Shown: positions 50,001 through 62,000 of the stretch, piece by piece | How positions within the stretch are numbered: the stretch's first letter is position 1 | How the letters are laid out: the number at the start of each line of letters is the position of its first letter | Source: an uncultured delta proteobacterium | GTDB taxonomy: Bacteria; Myxococcota_A; Polyangia; Polyangiales; JAFGIB01 | Reading direction: 5' to 3' | Length of the DNA stretch: 64,000 bases | Assembly: GCA_963778655.1 (NCBI GenBank) | Contig: CAVZVA010000002.1 | Span: 288,001 to 352,000, forward strand | Position numbers and translations under genes: made by a program | Notes under the pieces: model-generated | What the model saw: the letters and a program-made list of their open reading frames with translations, nothing else | Database searches by the model: none | Told to the model about the DNA's origin: nothing

Positions 50001-53000
50001 TCGAGCCGTTCATGTCCAGGGTGACGTCCTTGTTGCTGCCGGAGACGCTGAACGCCTCGTACACGTCCGGCGCGCCTGGAGCCGCGGTCTTGCCCGCGCA
50101 GCTCATGCTGGGGACCGCGCTGGTATCGGCGACGTCCAACGAGTAGCCGCCGCTGTCGCCGCTGCCGTCGCCCTTGACCATCACGTAGTAGTTGCGGCCG
50201 CCCTGCAGGGTAGCATCGAACGAGGCCGTACCGCCCGAGGACGCGGTGGCGCACGCAACCTGCGCTGCGGACACCGGCAGCGCCTTGTTGTCGCGGAAGT
50301 TCACCTGGTACGCGCCCGTGTAGGTCTGCGGCGAGGCGCCGCCGCGGCCGCCCTTCCAGCCGACGTAGTAGGTGCCACCCGGATCGAGCGTGGCCACGAT
50401 CTTGGCGTAGCCGGGCGCCGCGTTGGTGCCGTCGCTGCAAGCGATCGCGGCGGGCTCGGTGTTCTGCACCCCGTTGTCGTCGCGCACGCCCAGGATCACG
50501 TTGCCGGTGGAGGAGCCTCCTGCGGGCTGCTTGACCCGCACGTAATAGGTGGTGTTGGGATAGACCGGCGTGGTGGTGATCGAGGCGTACCCGGAAACCT
50601 CGTCCGCACAGGTAAGGTACTCGCTTGATTGATAGGTGTTGTCGCCGTTGGTGTCCTTGTACAGCGCGATCGCTGTGTCGGCCGTGCTGTTCTGGGTCTC
50701 GATGGTGTAGCTCTCGCCGCCGGCCGCGACGGTGGACGCCGTGGTAAACGCGTACCACACGTCCTTGCCGCCGTAGCGATCCTCGTTGCAGCCGGGCCAG
50801 TCCACCGGATCGCGCCAGGTGAGCTCGAGGTTGTAGGTGCCGTTGACGATCGGGCTCCCGCCGCTCTTGACTACCAGGTAGTACGTGGTCCCGGCGGTCA
50901 CCTGCAGATCGGTGATGGTCGTCGTGCCGGTGGCCGCGTCGCTGTCGGTCTGGCCCTGCTGGCCGGGCAGACTGGTGTCGCTGTCGTTGTCGGTGACGCA
51001 GGCCAGCGCGCTGCAGCCGTGGAAGTAACCGGTGGCGAAGAACTTATCGTAGACCGCCACGATCGGGCTCGAGATCGGCGTGCCACCGCTGCCCGCAACC
51101 TTGACGCGCATGGCGCCGCTCTGCGAGGGCGTGAAGGTGTAGACGGTGTCGGCGCCGCCGTCCGTGCCGCACACGTTCTCGTTGTGGTTCGAGACGCGGG
51201 CGCCGTTGTTGCCGTCGATCGTGATCCTCGCGTTGCTCGGGTCCGGGAGGTTGATCGGGCTCGAGGCACTCTCGCCGAAGCCGGAGTACATGGACTCGCT
51301 CCGCGCGTTGAGCGTAGCCCAGCTGGCGGTCATGCTGCTGAGGTCGGTGACCTTCAGCGTCCAGTCGTTGTCGATGGCGGAAAACGGGCCGGGGCTGCTG
51401 CCGGTGAGCGCAGCCGCCGAGCTGTCTGCCGTATAGATCGGCGACGAAATGATGTTCTTGACGACGTAGCCCTGGCCGCCACCGCCGCCACCGCCGCCGC
51501 CGCCGCGCTTGGGGCTGGGCGGAACCTCGGAGCCGATCGTGATGAAGGTCGAGCTCGACTTCTGGTTGTTGTACTCGGCCTGCCCCCAGGCGTCCGAGCG
51601 CAGGCTGGTCGAGACGTGGATCTCGTCCATCGAGCCTGCGAAGCAAATGGGGTACCCATAGCTCCCACAACCGCCCGCCCACTTGCCGAACAGCAGCGAA
51701 CCGCTCGTGCTCTCGCTCGAGGTGTTGCCGCTGTAGATGCGTGTGAACGCCGAGCCGTTGACGCTGAACTCCACGTAGCCACCGCTGCTGGCAGCGTGCA
51801 CACGCTCCACCACGTGAGCCCAGCTGCCGTTCGGAACGTAGATGCGCGGTGAACCGTAGGTGAACCCACCGTTGATGTAGATTCCAAGCGCGCCGCTGGC
51901 GCCCACGGCCATCTCCGCGCCCGGCGGCTGAAGGTATCCGCTCGGGGCTGCGTCGATCGGCTCCATCGGTCCATTGTCCGAAGGGCTCCCGGTGTTCAGG
52001 TTCAACCACAGGCTGAAGGTGCTCTCGCTGCTCCCGTAGTTGGACGTCTGGACAAAGTCGCCGCTGCTGAAGACCTGGTCGCCACCGATCTGACCTGTGC
52101 CGTTCGAGGTGTTGTGCAACGTGCCGTTGTGGCTATTCGAGGTCGAATCGCCGCCGTCGGTCATGTGCCAAACGCCGTAGTACGAGGAGTCCCACACCCC
52201 ATGCTTGTTACTGCGGTCCGCGCCGCCGTCCCCGTAGCGCAGATAGATCACGGTGTCGGTGCCGCTGGCCAGGCTCGGAATGCGTACCCACGCGACCAGC
52301 GTGCCCGTGCTCGAGTCGTAGCTCTCGCGCTCGTAGTCGAGCTGCGTGACCTGGTCGGACGCCACGAAGTAGATGTCGCTGCCGTTGGCGAGCGCATGGG
52401 TCTTGAGGTCGTTGTCGTTGGTGATCTTGACCATTACCGGGAAGTTGGTCAGCGCCGAAGGCACCTGGGATCCATTGATCGTGATCTGCTTCTGGTAGCT
52501 GCCCGAGGTGTAGGAGCCGCCGGCGCCGCCCGAGCTGGCCGCGCCGCCGGTCGCGCCGCCCTTGCCGCCCGCGCCGCCACCGTTGACGCCGGTGCCGCCA
52601 TTGGCCTGCGTGCTCGAGCGCTGGCCGTCTTGGCCGCTGGTGGCGCCGCTACCGTCGGTTTGGTTGCCCGCGCCGCCGCCGCCGCCGTTGGTGTAGCTGA
52701 CCGCAGTGAACGCGACGTTCTCGGTGATGGTCATGCCCTCGAGCAGGACCGCGCCGCCCGAGCCGCCGCCGCCGCCGCCGTCTTCCTCGCTGCTGCCGTG
52801 CTGGCCCGCGCCGCCAGCCGCGGTGAGGACGATGCCACTGTTGAGCGTCACCCCGTTGACCGCCGAGATCTGGAAGGCGCCGCCGCCGGCGCCGCCCGTG
52901 CTGCCGGTGGTGGCGCCGTCGCCGCCCTTGCAGCCGCCGCGCAGCGGCTGGAGGCTCGCAGCCGCCGAGCTGGTGTCGGCCGTGCTGGACGCGCCGCCGA

Positions 53001-56000
53001 GCCCGACGGCGGTGTTGTCACCGTCGCCGCCCGCGCGGCCCTGGGTGCGGAACGCGCCGCCGCCGCCGCCGCCGGCGCCCTTGTCCGCGGCGCCGTCGTT
53101 GGCGCCCGCATTGCCCTCGCTCGCGCCGCAGCTGCTGTAGCTGCCGCCGGCGCCGCGTACCGAGCTGCCGTTGCCCTGCGAATCGGCGCTGATGATGGTC
53201 GTTCCGGCGCCGCCGCCCAGGCTCACCGTGCCCGGGCTGCCGCCGACCAGGAACACCACGGGCAGCGCGCCCTTCAGGGTCATCACGTGGCCGCCGCTGA
53301 CGCTCAGGCCCTGCAGCTTGATCACCATGACCTTAGGTCCGCCGCTGCTCTGGCTCATGATCACCGGGGTCGGGCTGCCGCCGGTGCAGGTGGTCGAGCT
53401 GATCGCGGCGCCGGTGCCGTTGCCATCGGTGCCGCTGGTGATCGTCGTGCTGCCGCCGGAGCAGGTCCAGCTCGGCGCGCCGCTGAAGCTCAGCGCAGTG
53501 GTGTCGACGTTGCTGGCGAAGCTGCCGAGGGTGACCGCGGGCTTGTCCGGCGCGCCGGGGTTGTGGTCGAACAGCGCGAGCGTGTGATAGCCGCCGGAGC
53601 CTTCCCCGTTGATCTCGATCTCGTGCTGGACGCCGTCGTTGGGCACCGTGAGCTTGAAGAAAGCGTCCTCGCCGTTGGTGGTCGCCGGGCTGCAGGTACC
53701 CGGTGCGGAGGCCAGATCGAACGCGTTGCCGGCGACGTTACTCGTGATCGGGTCGCCGGTGTAGCCCACCGCGTAGCCGGTGTAGCTGCCGCCCGTCGGC
53801 GTGATCGGATACAGCGAGGCCACGGTCTGCGCGGTGGCCACGCTCTCGTTGGGGGCGGCGCTGGGGGCGACGTTGAGCTGGGTAGGCGCGGCGTACAGCC
53901 CGAGCTGCCCACGGGTGGCAGGCGTCGCCGTCGGCGCGCTCGCGGGCGCCTCGAACAGCGCGACGTTGCCGACGAAGCCCGGATTGCGCAGCGCGATGTG
54001 CGCAGTCGTGGTGGTGGCCGGAGTGATCTGATAGATGGCGTCGGGCGCGTCGTCGAGCGAGCCGCAGGTCGCCGGGTAGTCGCCCTGGTAGCCCGAGGTG
54101 GTGGCGCTGCCACCGCTGACGCCGATCTCGTTGCCGACCAACGAGCCCAGACCCTGGGTGGAGCCATCGCCCGCCGCCGTGCCCGAGACCTGGTTGAGCT
54201 CGCTGATGTGCATGCCGGCGCCGCTGGCGCTGCGTACCAGCCAGCTTCCGTTGACCACGCCCATGGGGTTGCCCGACGACTGCGCGCTGTCGCTGGTGTC
54301 GAACGCGGGCCCGGCCGTGGGCGCCGGCTCGGTCATCGGCACGGCGCTGAAAAGCGAGACGGTGTGCGCGAACGAGGTGTTGGCCGAGCTCACCTCGACC
54401 GAGCGGGTCGGCGCCGCCGACTGGTAGGGATGACCGCCCGGCAGACTGCTCTGCAGCCCCCACTTCGCGGCCAGGTAGCCCTCGATGGTCTGGCGCTCGC
54501 TCGGCGTGACCGCGCGTCCGACCACGATCAGCTCGTACAGGTCCATCGGCAGGCCGAGGCTGTGGCTCTGGTCGGTGCCGACCCGGATGTGCCGGTACTG
54601 CGTGCCGCCAGCACGCCCGCTGCCGCTGGCGACCAGGTTGCCGTTGAGGTAGGTCGCGATCGCCCCGCTGGAGTCGTGCGTGACCTCCGACAACATCGGC
54701 CCGGTGGCCCCGCTGAGCGCGCCGGTCATCGCCACGCCTGTGCCGCTCGAATCCGCGTAGTTGAGCACCGCGGTGTTGGTCGACCCGTCCGCGCTCATGC
54801 TCAGGCCAAAGCCCGCACCGCCGACGTCCGTGGTGACCACAGCCGACCCCGCCAGGAAATTGGTGCTCAGCAGCCGCCACACCGCGAACACGCTGACCGG
54901 CGAGTCCTGCCCACTGGCGAACGCGTAGTCGAGATAGTCCTCGGTGGCGTTGTTGGCAGGGTCGATGTCGCCGCCGGGGTTGAGCTCCACCGTGTAGGTC
55001 CCGGACGCGAGCATCCGGGACGGCTCGTTCGCCGCCGTGGATTGCGTGGCATTGTGAGCGTTCGGACCTTCGTCGGCCCAGTTGGAAACGGCACCGGTCG
55101 CCAGCGCGAACGCCCCCGCATCCGCCGCATCCAGCCAGATCTGCTCGTAGGGCGTCACGCCGTCGGGCACCGTGCGCACCTTGAGCTTCACGAAGGCGTC
55201 CGCGCCCGGCTCTCCTGGCGAGCATTTCGGCGCGGCGTTGAGCTGGAACGCCTGGAACTGGGTCGAGGCGTAGTCACTGCTCATCGATCCTTCGTCGCCG
55301 GAGATGCGCGTGCGCGGGCCCACCACCACGGTCGGGGTCCCGCTGCTGCTGAAGGTCTCGTTGGGGTTGCTGCTCGTGTTGAGGTCGATCGGCGTGGTGC
55401 TCGACTCGGCGCTGGTGAGAGGCGCGCCGTCGTAGACCGCAAGCATCGGGCTCCAGCTCACCGCCGGGTTGTCCACGCCGATGCGCAGCTTGGTGTTGGT
55501 GGTCGGCCGCACCTTCCAGATCATGTCGTTGGCGGTGCTGTTGCCCACGCCGCAGCTCGGCGCCAGGTAGGTGGCGCCGCTGTAGGTGGTGTCGGCGCCA
55601 CCCGCGTAACTGCCGGCGGCCTTGGTGCGGAACTGCTGGCCGCTGATCGTCCCAGCCACGGCGTTCAGATCCTGCACGCTGGCGGCGTTCTGGAAGTCGG
55701 TGCCGGCGGTGAAGAAGCGCTCGGCGGACAGCTCGCCGATGCCCATGCCGCCGGCCGGCGACATGTCCGCGACGTAGTGCAACCAGTTGCCGTCGATGGT
55801 CGCCGCCGGGGTTGCGGCGTCCGCCAGCGCCTGGGTGTTGTACTGCGCGGCGACGGCGGCCGGTAGGGTGAGCGGCACGTCGGCGTTGTAGATCGCGATC
55901 GTGTGCGGATTGACCGTCGACGACTGGGTCTGGATGCGCACGTGCGCGTCCGCCAAGAGGTCGAGGTAGAAGAACGCGTCCTTGCTGCTGGCGCCGGCGT

Positions 56001-59000
56001 TGCAGGTGGCGCTGCCGTACATCGGCGCCTGGTTGTAGAGGCTGGCGCCCTGGCTGTCGCTGAGCGTCGAGGTGTCGCCCGAATACGCGACTCCGGCGGT
56101 GCCCAGCGCAGGTACGGTGAAGGCGTTGGTGCGGCTGTCGTTGCCCGTGACCGGCGTGGGCACGGGGTTCGAGGCCGCTGCGGTCTGCGGCACCTTGCCT
56201 CCGGTGCCGTCGAACAGCGCCAGCACCGGCGGGAAGGCGGGCGAGGGGTTGCTGACCGCGAGCCGCGTGGCGCCCCCGCTGGCCCCGGTGTGGAACTTGA
56301 AGATCATGTCGTGCGCGCTCGGCGCCGCGCCGCAGGTCAGGGTGGCCGTGTCGTAGGTCGCGGTGGCCGTGGTGCTGTCGGCGCCGCTGGTCACGATCTG
56401 GGTGTCGGCCGCGAGCGTGCCGAGATCCTGCGTCGTGTCCAGGTTGAAGAAGTCCGTCCCCGCGGTCTTGACCACCTTGGCGTCGCCGCCCGGCATCAGA
56501 TTGCTGGTGTTGCCCTGCAACACGTACCACTGGTTGTCGACCGGAAGGTTGGATGCGCCCGCGCGCGTGTCGTTTTCTGCGGTGGTCGCCATCGGAGCTT
56601 GGATCACCGCCGTGCTGGGCCACACCGCCAGGGTGTGGGCGAAGGCGGTGTTGCTGCTCTCCAGCACCACCGTCTTGGGGGCCTCGGCAGGGGTGATGGT
56701 GAAGCTGAAGAAGGCGTCCTTGCCGGTGGGTGCCGCGTTGCACTGATTGCTGGCGTCGCCGCCGTTGAGGTCGCTGCGGTCCCAGGTACGCCCCGCCGCG
56801 TCGACGGTGGGCACGTCGTTGTTGAGCCCGGTGAGATTGCCGGTGTAGATCACCGGATCGCCGATCGTGCCGAGATCCTGCGCCGCGGTCGGTCCGCTGG
56901 TGGTGGGCGCGTCGTTGGTATTCGGCAACGCCACCGGCGCGGCGGGCGTCTCGGACTGCAGCAGCGGGTAGTCCGGGCCGCGGTACAGCGCGAGCACCGG
57001 ATTGAAGCCTGAGGGCTGCACCCCGATGCGCACGGTCGTGCTGCTGGTCGGCGTGAACTTATAGATCGCGTCCGCGGTGTCATCGTCGCCGCCGCAAGTG
57101 GGCGCCGGATAGTCGTGAGTCAAGCCGCTGAGCGACGCGTTCACCACCGAGACCTGCTGGCCCGCCGTGTTACCGAGATCCTTGACCTGATTGGGCGAGA
57201 CGTGGCTCGAGTTGGTGTCGACGCCGACCATGTCCACGGTGCGCGCCGTGATCAGGTCGGTCCCGAGGTGGGCCATGTCGGCCTTCTTCACCACCCAACG
57301 GTTGGTGATGTCGCCGATCGGGTTGTTCACTGCATCGACCAGACGGTCGTTCTCCATGGTGAACGCGGCAGGATCGGTGGTGGTCCCGCTGAACAGCAGG
57401 TCGTAGCTGCCCGAGAGCCCGCTCGAGGTGCCGGTCAGCACCACGTAATAGGTGCCCGGCGCCAGGTTGGTGAGCTGCAGCTGGGGCGCGGCGTCGCCGA
57501 CGCTGGCGCAGCTGACGTAGCCCGCGGCGCCGATCGAGCCGTTGAACAGTCCCACCACCGAGCCGGCGAACGAGTTGCTGAAGTCGAGCGTGACCGTGGT
57601 GATGTACGGGACGGTCAGCTTGAACGCGGCGTCGGGGGCGCTGGCCTGGGCACCGCAGCCGATCAGATTCGCGACCGAGCTGGGGGTGCCGGCCGTGCTG
57701 CCGACGAAGTGGCGGCTGCGGCCGAGCACGTCGACCACCTGCGGGCTGGTGGCCGTGGGCACGCTCGGCAGGGCCGGCTGGCTGCCCTGCTCGCAGATGT
57801 AGCGGTACGACTGCCAGCTCTCGGGCGTGTCCACCCAGAAGCCGTCCTGGTAGCGCATGCGCGCCGCCGGGCTGTCGCTGGGCTGGTTGGGCTCGCCGGA
57901 GGCCCAGTTGCGGAAGCTGGCGCTGCTGCCGTCCACCCAGTCGCCGCTGGGAGGGCTGCCCCAGCTGGAGTAAGGCACGTGCGCGTGCAGGCCGATCAAG
58001 TAGGGCTCCGCGGTCGGCGCGATCTGGCTGTAGAGGGTGTCGTTCTCGAGCTGGTTGTCGATCACGACCAGGTCGCCGCCGGCCAGCTGGCACTTGGCGC
58101 GCGCGTCGTCCCAGGGCCGCTTGTGGGTGCACAACCAGTAGCGGTGCAGATTGAAGTCGTAGGCCGTGCAGCCGGCCTCGGGCTCCCCCGGCAGCTTGTC
58201 CTGGTCGTAGATCTGCGTGATCGCGTCGGCCAGCGAGCTCTGGCTGGTCAGCGAGGGCCGGACGAAGGGGCTGTCGAACAAGCCGAGCACGGTACCGTAC
58301 CCAGAGCCGTCGGCGCTGAGCTCGACGTCGGTCGGCTTGCTGAGCGAGAAGCTCCACACCGCGTCGGCCGAAGCAGGCGCCGCACCGCACTGCGCGCCCC
58401 CCTGCTGGAAGTAGGTGTAGTTGATGTCGCTGTTCATGCCGGTGGTGTTACCGGTCTGCACGAACGTGCCGCCGCGCTCGAGCGGGACGCTCAGGGCGCT
58501 CGGCTGCGACTCGTTGCTCTGGCCCACGGCCGTGGTGACGACGGCGGATTGCGCCTGGGTCAGCGGCGGCGCGCCCTTGCTGCCGTCGTAGAGCGCGACC
58601 ACCGAATCGAAGCCGGTCTGCGGGTAGTTGGTGGAGATGCGGACCTGCCCGCTCTGGGAGGGCACGAAGCGATAGAGCGCGTCGTGGCTGCTGTCGGCGC
58701 CGCCGCAGCTCGGCGCGGGAAAGGTGGCCTGCATGCTGGCCGCGCTGCTGTCGGCGTTGACTACGGTCACGCGGCGGTTGTACGGATCGTAGAGCTCGGT
58801 CTGGGTGTCGTTGTTGGCGTTGTCCTGGTTGTTGATCTGCGACTGCGGCTGGTTCGACGCGGTCAGATTCGCGATGTCCCCGGAGTAGCGAACCCAGTTG
58901 TTATCGATGATGGGCGTGGGCGAAGGATTCGCGTCGGCTTCGCTCGGGTTGTCGGGCGCCAAGGGGATCGGCGCGAGCACGGTGTTGTCGAGCGTCTCGG

Positions 59001-62000
59001 AGCGGAAGAGGGCCAGCACCGGCGGGTTGCCCGATGCGCTGGCGTCGATCTTGACCTTGGTCGTGTTGCGCAGGCTGAAGTGATAGATCGCGTCGGGCGC
59101 GAACGCTTGCGCTCCACACTGAATCTGTGAGGCATCCACATTCTGGGTTAGCCCTGACGAATTGCCCAGGAACCGCCTGACACCGCCCGAGGAGAGCTTC
59201 ACGTCCTGCGCTTCGGCCAAGGTGTCGTTGCGGTTGCCGCCGCCGCCGAAGCTGCTGCAGGTCGCGTTGTCGGTGGCGTTCACCGAGCCGGGACAAGCGC
59301 CGGTGCTGCACGAGCCGGGCGCGTTGCAGGACTGGCAGCTCGCCGCGTCCGTGGCGGCCCCGCAGTCCGGGTCGTGGATGCCGCAGCCGCAGTCGCAGCC
59401 GTTGCCGGTGCCGTACAGAGCCATGTCGCAGGTCCAGGAGCCGGCCTGCCACATGCAGCTGGCGTCGCAGCCGTCTCCGGGGGTGGTGTTGCCGTCGTCG
59501 CACTGCTCGCCCGGCTCGACCACCCCGTTGCCGCACACCGGCGCGTTGCAGGCGGTGTTGTCGGCAGCGCTGATGACCCCCGGGCAGCTCCCGCTCGGAT
59601 TGCAGCCGCCCAGGCTCGGCGGGTCGCAGTGCGCACACGCGCTGCTGCTGGCATCGCCGCCGCAGTCGGGGTCGGGCGCGCCGCAGCCGCAGTCGCAGCC
59701 GTCGTTGGTGCCGTACCACGCGGCCGGGCAGCGCCACACACCGGCCTCGCGGTGACAGGTCGCGTCACAACCGTCGCCGGCCATGGTGTTGCCGTCGTCG
59801 CACTCCTCTTGCCAGTCGATAACGCCGTTGCCGCAGGCGCTGGCGCCGTTGAGGTCGACCGTGGTGGTGGCGCTGTCGATCTTGCGCAGCGGAGCGCCGG
59901 TGCTGCCGTCGTAGAGGGCGATCACGGTGTTGAAGCCGGGCGCCGGGTTGGCCGTGCTGATGTGAACCGGCCCGCCCTGCGAGGAGTAAAAGGAATAGAT
60001 CGCGTCGGGCGCGCCGTCGTCACCGCCGCACCAGCCGGTGGCGGCGTAGTTGGCCGTCATCGCCGAGGTGGTGGCGCCGCCGACGGTGACCTTGGTGTTC
60101 CAGATGTCGCCGAGATCCTGCGCGCCTTGCAGCGTGGTGGGGTTCACCTCCTCGTTGGTGTTGGTCGCCGCCACGCCGACCTGAGCCTGGGTCGATGGCG
60201 TCAGGTGCGACATGTCGGCGTCGTAAGACAACCAGGTTCCGTTCACCGCCGGGGTGGGGCTCGGGTTGGTGTTCGCGGCGGTATAGGTGTCGTTCTCCAG
60301 CGTCACCGGCGCCGGCTTCTCCAGCGCCCCGTCGTGGAACAGCGCGATCACCGGGTCGCCCATCATGCCGGACTGGGTCGAGGCCGAGGCGTCGATCTGC
60401 ACCTGGGTGGTCTTCGAGAGCGAGAACTTGAAGGTCGCGTCGCGCCCGCTCGGCGAGGCCCCGCAGCTGAGCAGCGAGCCATCGATGTCGTTGGTCATCA
60501 GCGAGGTGTCGCCGAGCAGCGTCTGCGCGGGACCCGCCAGGTTGACCTGATACGCGGTGCTGGTGTTCTCGTTGGTGTTGCCCGTCGCGTCCAGGTCGGT
60601 GACGCTGGGGAACGATCCCGGCTGACCTTTGAAGAGGGCGACGATCGCGTTGTCGCCCGGCGTGGCCGCGGTGATCCGCACGTTGGTGTCGATGCTCGGG
60701 GTGAACTTGTAGACGGCGTCGGGCGTATCGCTCGCGTTGCCGCAGGTGAGCAGCCCCATCGGCGTCGTCGGGTCGCCCGAAGTCTGGTAGTTGGCCGCCA
60801 TGCCCGCGGTGCTGGTGTTGACCACCTGGATCTTGGAGCGGTAGGGGTCGGCCAGGCTGAACGCGGTCCCGCCGTGCTCGTTCTGGTTGAGCGGGTTCTC
60901 CACCTGCACGCGCTTGCGATACAGGCTGTGCGCGGTCATCGCGTACCCGGCGCCGGCGGTGGAGGCGCTCTCGACGATCACGTAGTAGGTATGGTTGGCC
61001 GAAAAGTCGGTCTCCGCCGCGGCCGGCCCCAGCGCGCTCTCCTTGCTGCAGGCGAGCTCCACGCCGTCGCCGCCGGCGCCCAGATCCGTGAACTTGATCT
61101 GGTACGCCCCGTCCGGGCCAGAGACGGTGCCCTTGATCACCGCGTAGTAGGTCTCCCCGCCGACCAAGGTCACGCCGGTGCTGCCGCCCAGCGGCAGCGT
61201 GCTGGCCGGGTTCGTGCCGACCGTGACGTCGGTGTTGGGCGCAACGCCGGGCGCGTCGCAGCCCACGTAGCCGCTCGCGTCGATCGTGCTGTGGAACAGC
61301 CCCACGATCGCCGGGAACGACGAGCCGCTGGTGTCGATCGTCGCCTGGATCGAAGCCGAGGGCGTGATCTTGAACACCGCGTCACTCGCGTTCTGGGTCG
61401 CGCCGCAGCTGCTCATCAGCAGACCGTCGATGTCGTTGTCCATGCGGCGGGTGCTGCCGTTGTAGGCGAGCACCTTGCCGACCATGTTGCCGTTGAGACC
61501 GACCTCGCTGCCGACCGCGTAGGCGCTGGCTAGCGACTCCGGTGGCGCCGGCGAAGGCGCGGTCATCTCGCACGCGTACTGGTCGCTATCGCTACAGCGG
61601 GTCGAGTCCCAGGTGTTGATGCTGCCGCCATTGCTGGTCTTGTAGGCCACGCAGTAGCTGCTGCTGGCCGGCTGCCCGCTGCGCCAGCTCGAAAACAGCC
61701 CTCCGACCGCGCTCCCGCCGCTGCCGCCTGACCAGAACTGGTCGCCGTTGTCGGCCCAGCTCCAGACGTTGGTGCCCGTATCGTGGGCCCCGGTCCACGC
61801 GGGCGTCGTCGTGCGGTGGCTGCCGACAAAGGCGTTCTCGGCCGCGTTGTCCAGGCGCACGAGATGCCCGCCCTGGTTGTTGCAGTTGGCCTCGGCGGTC
61901 GCCCAGTTGCGGTTGTTCGCGCAGAACCAGTACAGGTGAGCCGGATTGCTATCGGTCTTGTCCGCGTCGAAGCTGTAAGCCGTGCAGCTCGAGTCCGGCG

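Noticed and set aside
52114..55866. 1250-aa plus-strand ORF and other long antisense ORFs (e.g. 12631-15801, 44401-46521, 59374-61533)
   Set aside because: These are shadow ORFs opposite well-supported genes in high-GC DNA, with Arg/Ala/Gly-rich translations and no motifs.
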